From Lama glama (Eukaryota), in the NCBI GenBank assembly GCA_028534125.1, contig CM052817.1, positions 56,360,001-56,424,000 on the forward strand: a stretch of DNA of 64,000 nucleotides. Direction: 5' to 3'. Below the pieces are notes generated by a model that was not told the DNA's origin, searched no databases, and worked only from the letters and a program-made list of their open reading frames with translations. This document shows, piece after piece, positions 63,580 through 64,000 of this stretch (the first letter of the stretch is position 1; each line of letters begins with the position of its first letter). Both the position numbers and the translations under genes were made by a program.

Positions 63580-64000
63580 GGGAACCCTCCCACACTGTTG
63601 ATAGGAATGTAGTTTGGTGCAGCAGCCACTTGGAAAACAGTATGGAGATTCTTCAAAAGACTGAAAATAGATTTACCATTTGATCCAGCAATCCCACTCT
63701 TGGGCATATATCCAGAGGGAATTTTAATTCAAAAGATACATGCACCCCAATGTTCACAGCAGCGCCATTAACAATAGCCAAGACATGGAAACAATCTAAA
63801 TGTCCATTGACAGATGACTGGACAAAGGAGCTGTGGTATATTTATACAATGGAATAGAATTGGCCATAAGAAAGAATAAAATAATACGATTTGCAGCAAC
63901 ATGGATGGACCTGGAGATTGTCATTCTAAGTGAAGGAAGCCAGAAAGAAAAAGAAAAATAACATATGATATCCTTTATATGTGGAATCTGAAAAAAAAAA
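63580..64000 (+). mobile_element. Young L1 ORF2 C-terminus and start of 3' UTR, running off the window
   Basis: gggaaccctcccacactgttg...ggaaaacagtatggag...gatccagcaatcccactcttgggcatatatccagag...gcagcaacatggatggacctggagattgtcattctaagtgaa...atgtggaatctgaaaaa. Confidence 0.92.

Overview
AT-rich placental-mammal genomic DNA with no recognisable protein-coding exon, rRNA, tRNA or CRISPR feature. The window is mostly a layered record of transposable elements. Ancient copies include L2, MIR, MER5/MER33 DNA transposons, MaLR (MLT1) and ERVL-class LTRs (MLT2, MER21, LTR33) and L1M fragments. Younger copies include cetartiodactyl-type L1 3' ends and several ERV1-class solo LTRs with 4-bp target-site duplications. 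The young L1 3' UTR type and the absence of recognisable Bov-tA/BovB, CHR, PRE, Alu or B1 SINEs suggest a camelid genome (inference). All family names come from recalled consensus motifs, not from a search. Most ORFs in the track are chance or repeat-derived. I found no well-supported novel biological system. The best leads are: a long open frame resembling a dead L2/CR1 reverse transcriptase (18310-18642), a TSD-flanked chimeric L1 3' end (23005-23312), several candidate non-coding exons with strong splice signals (one ending in ATG|gtaag), a shared orientation of all ERV1 solo LTRs, and repeat-free blocks that may be conserved enhancers.
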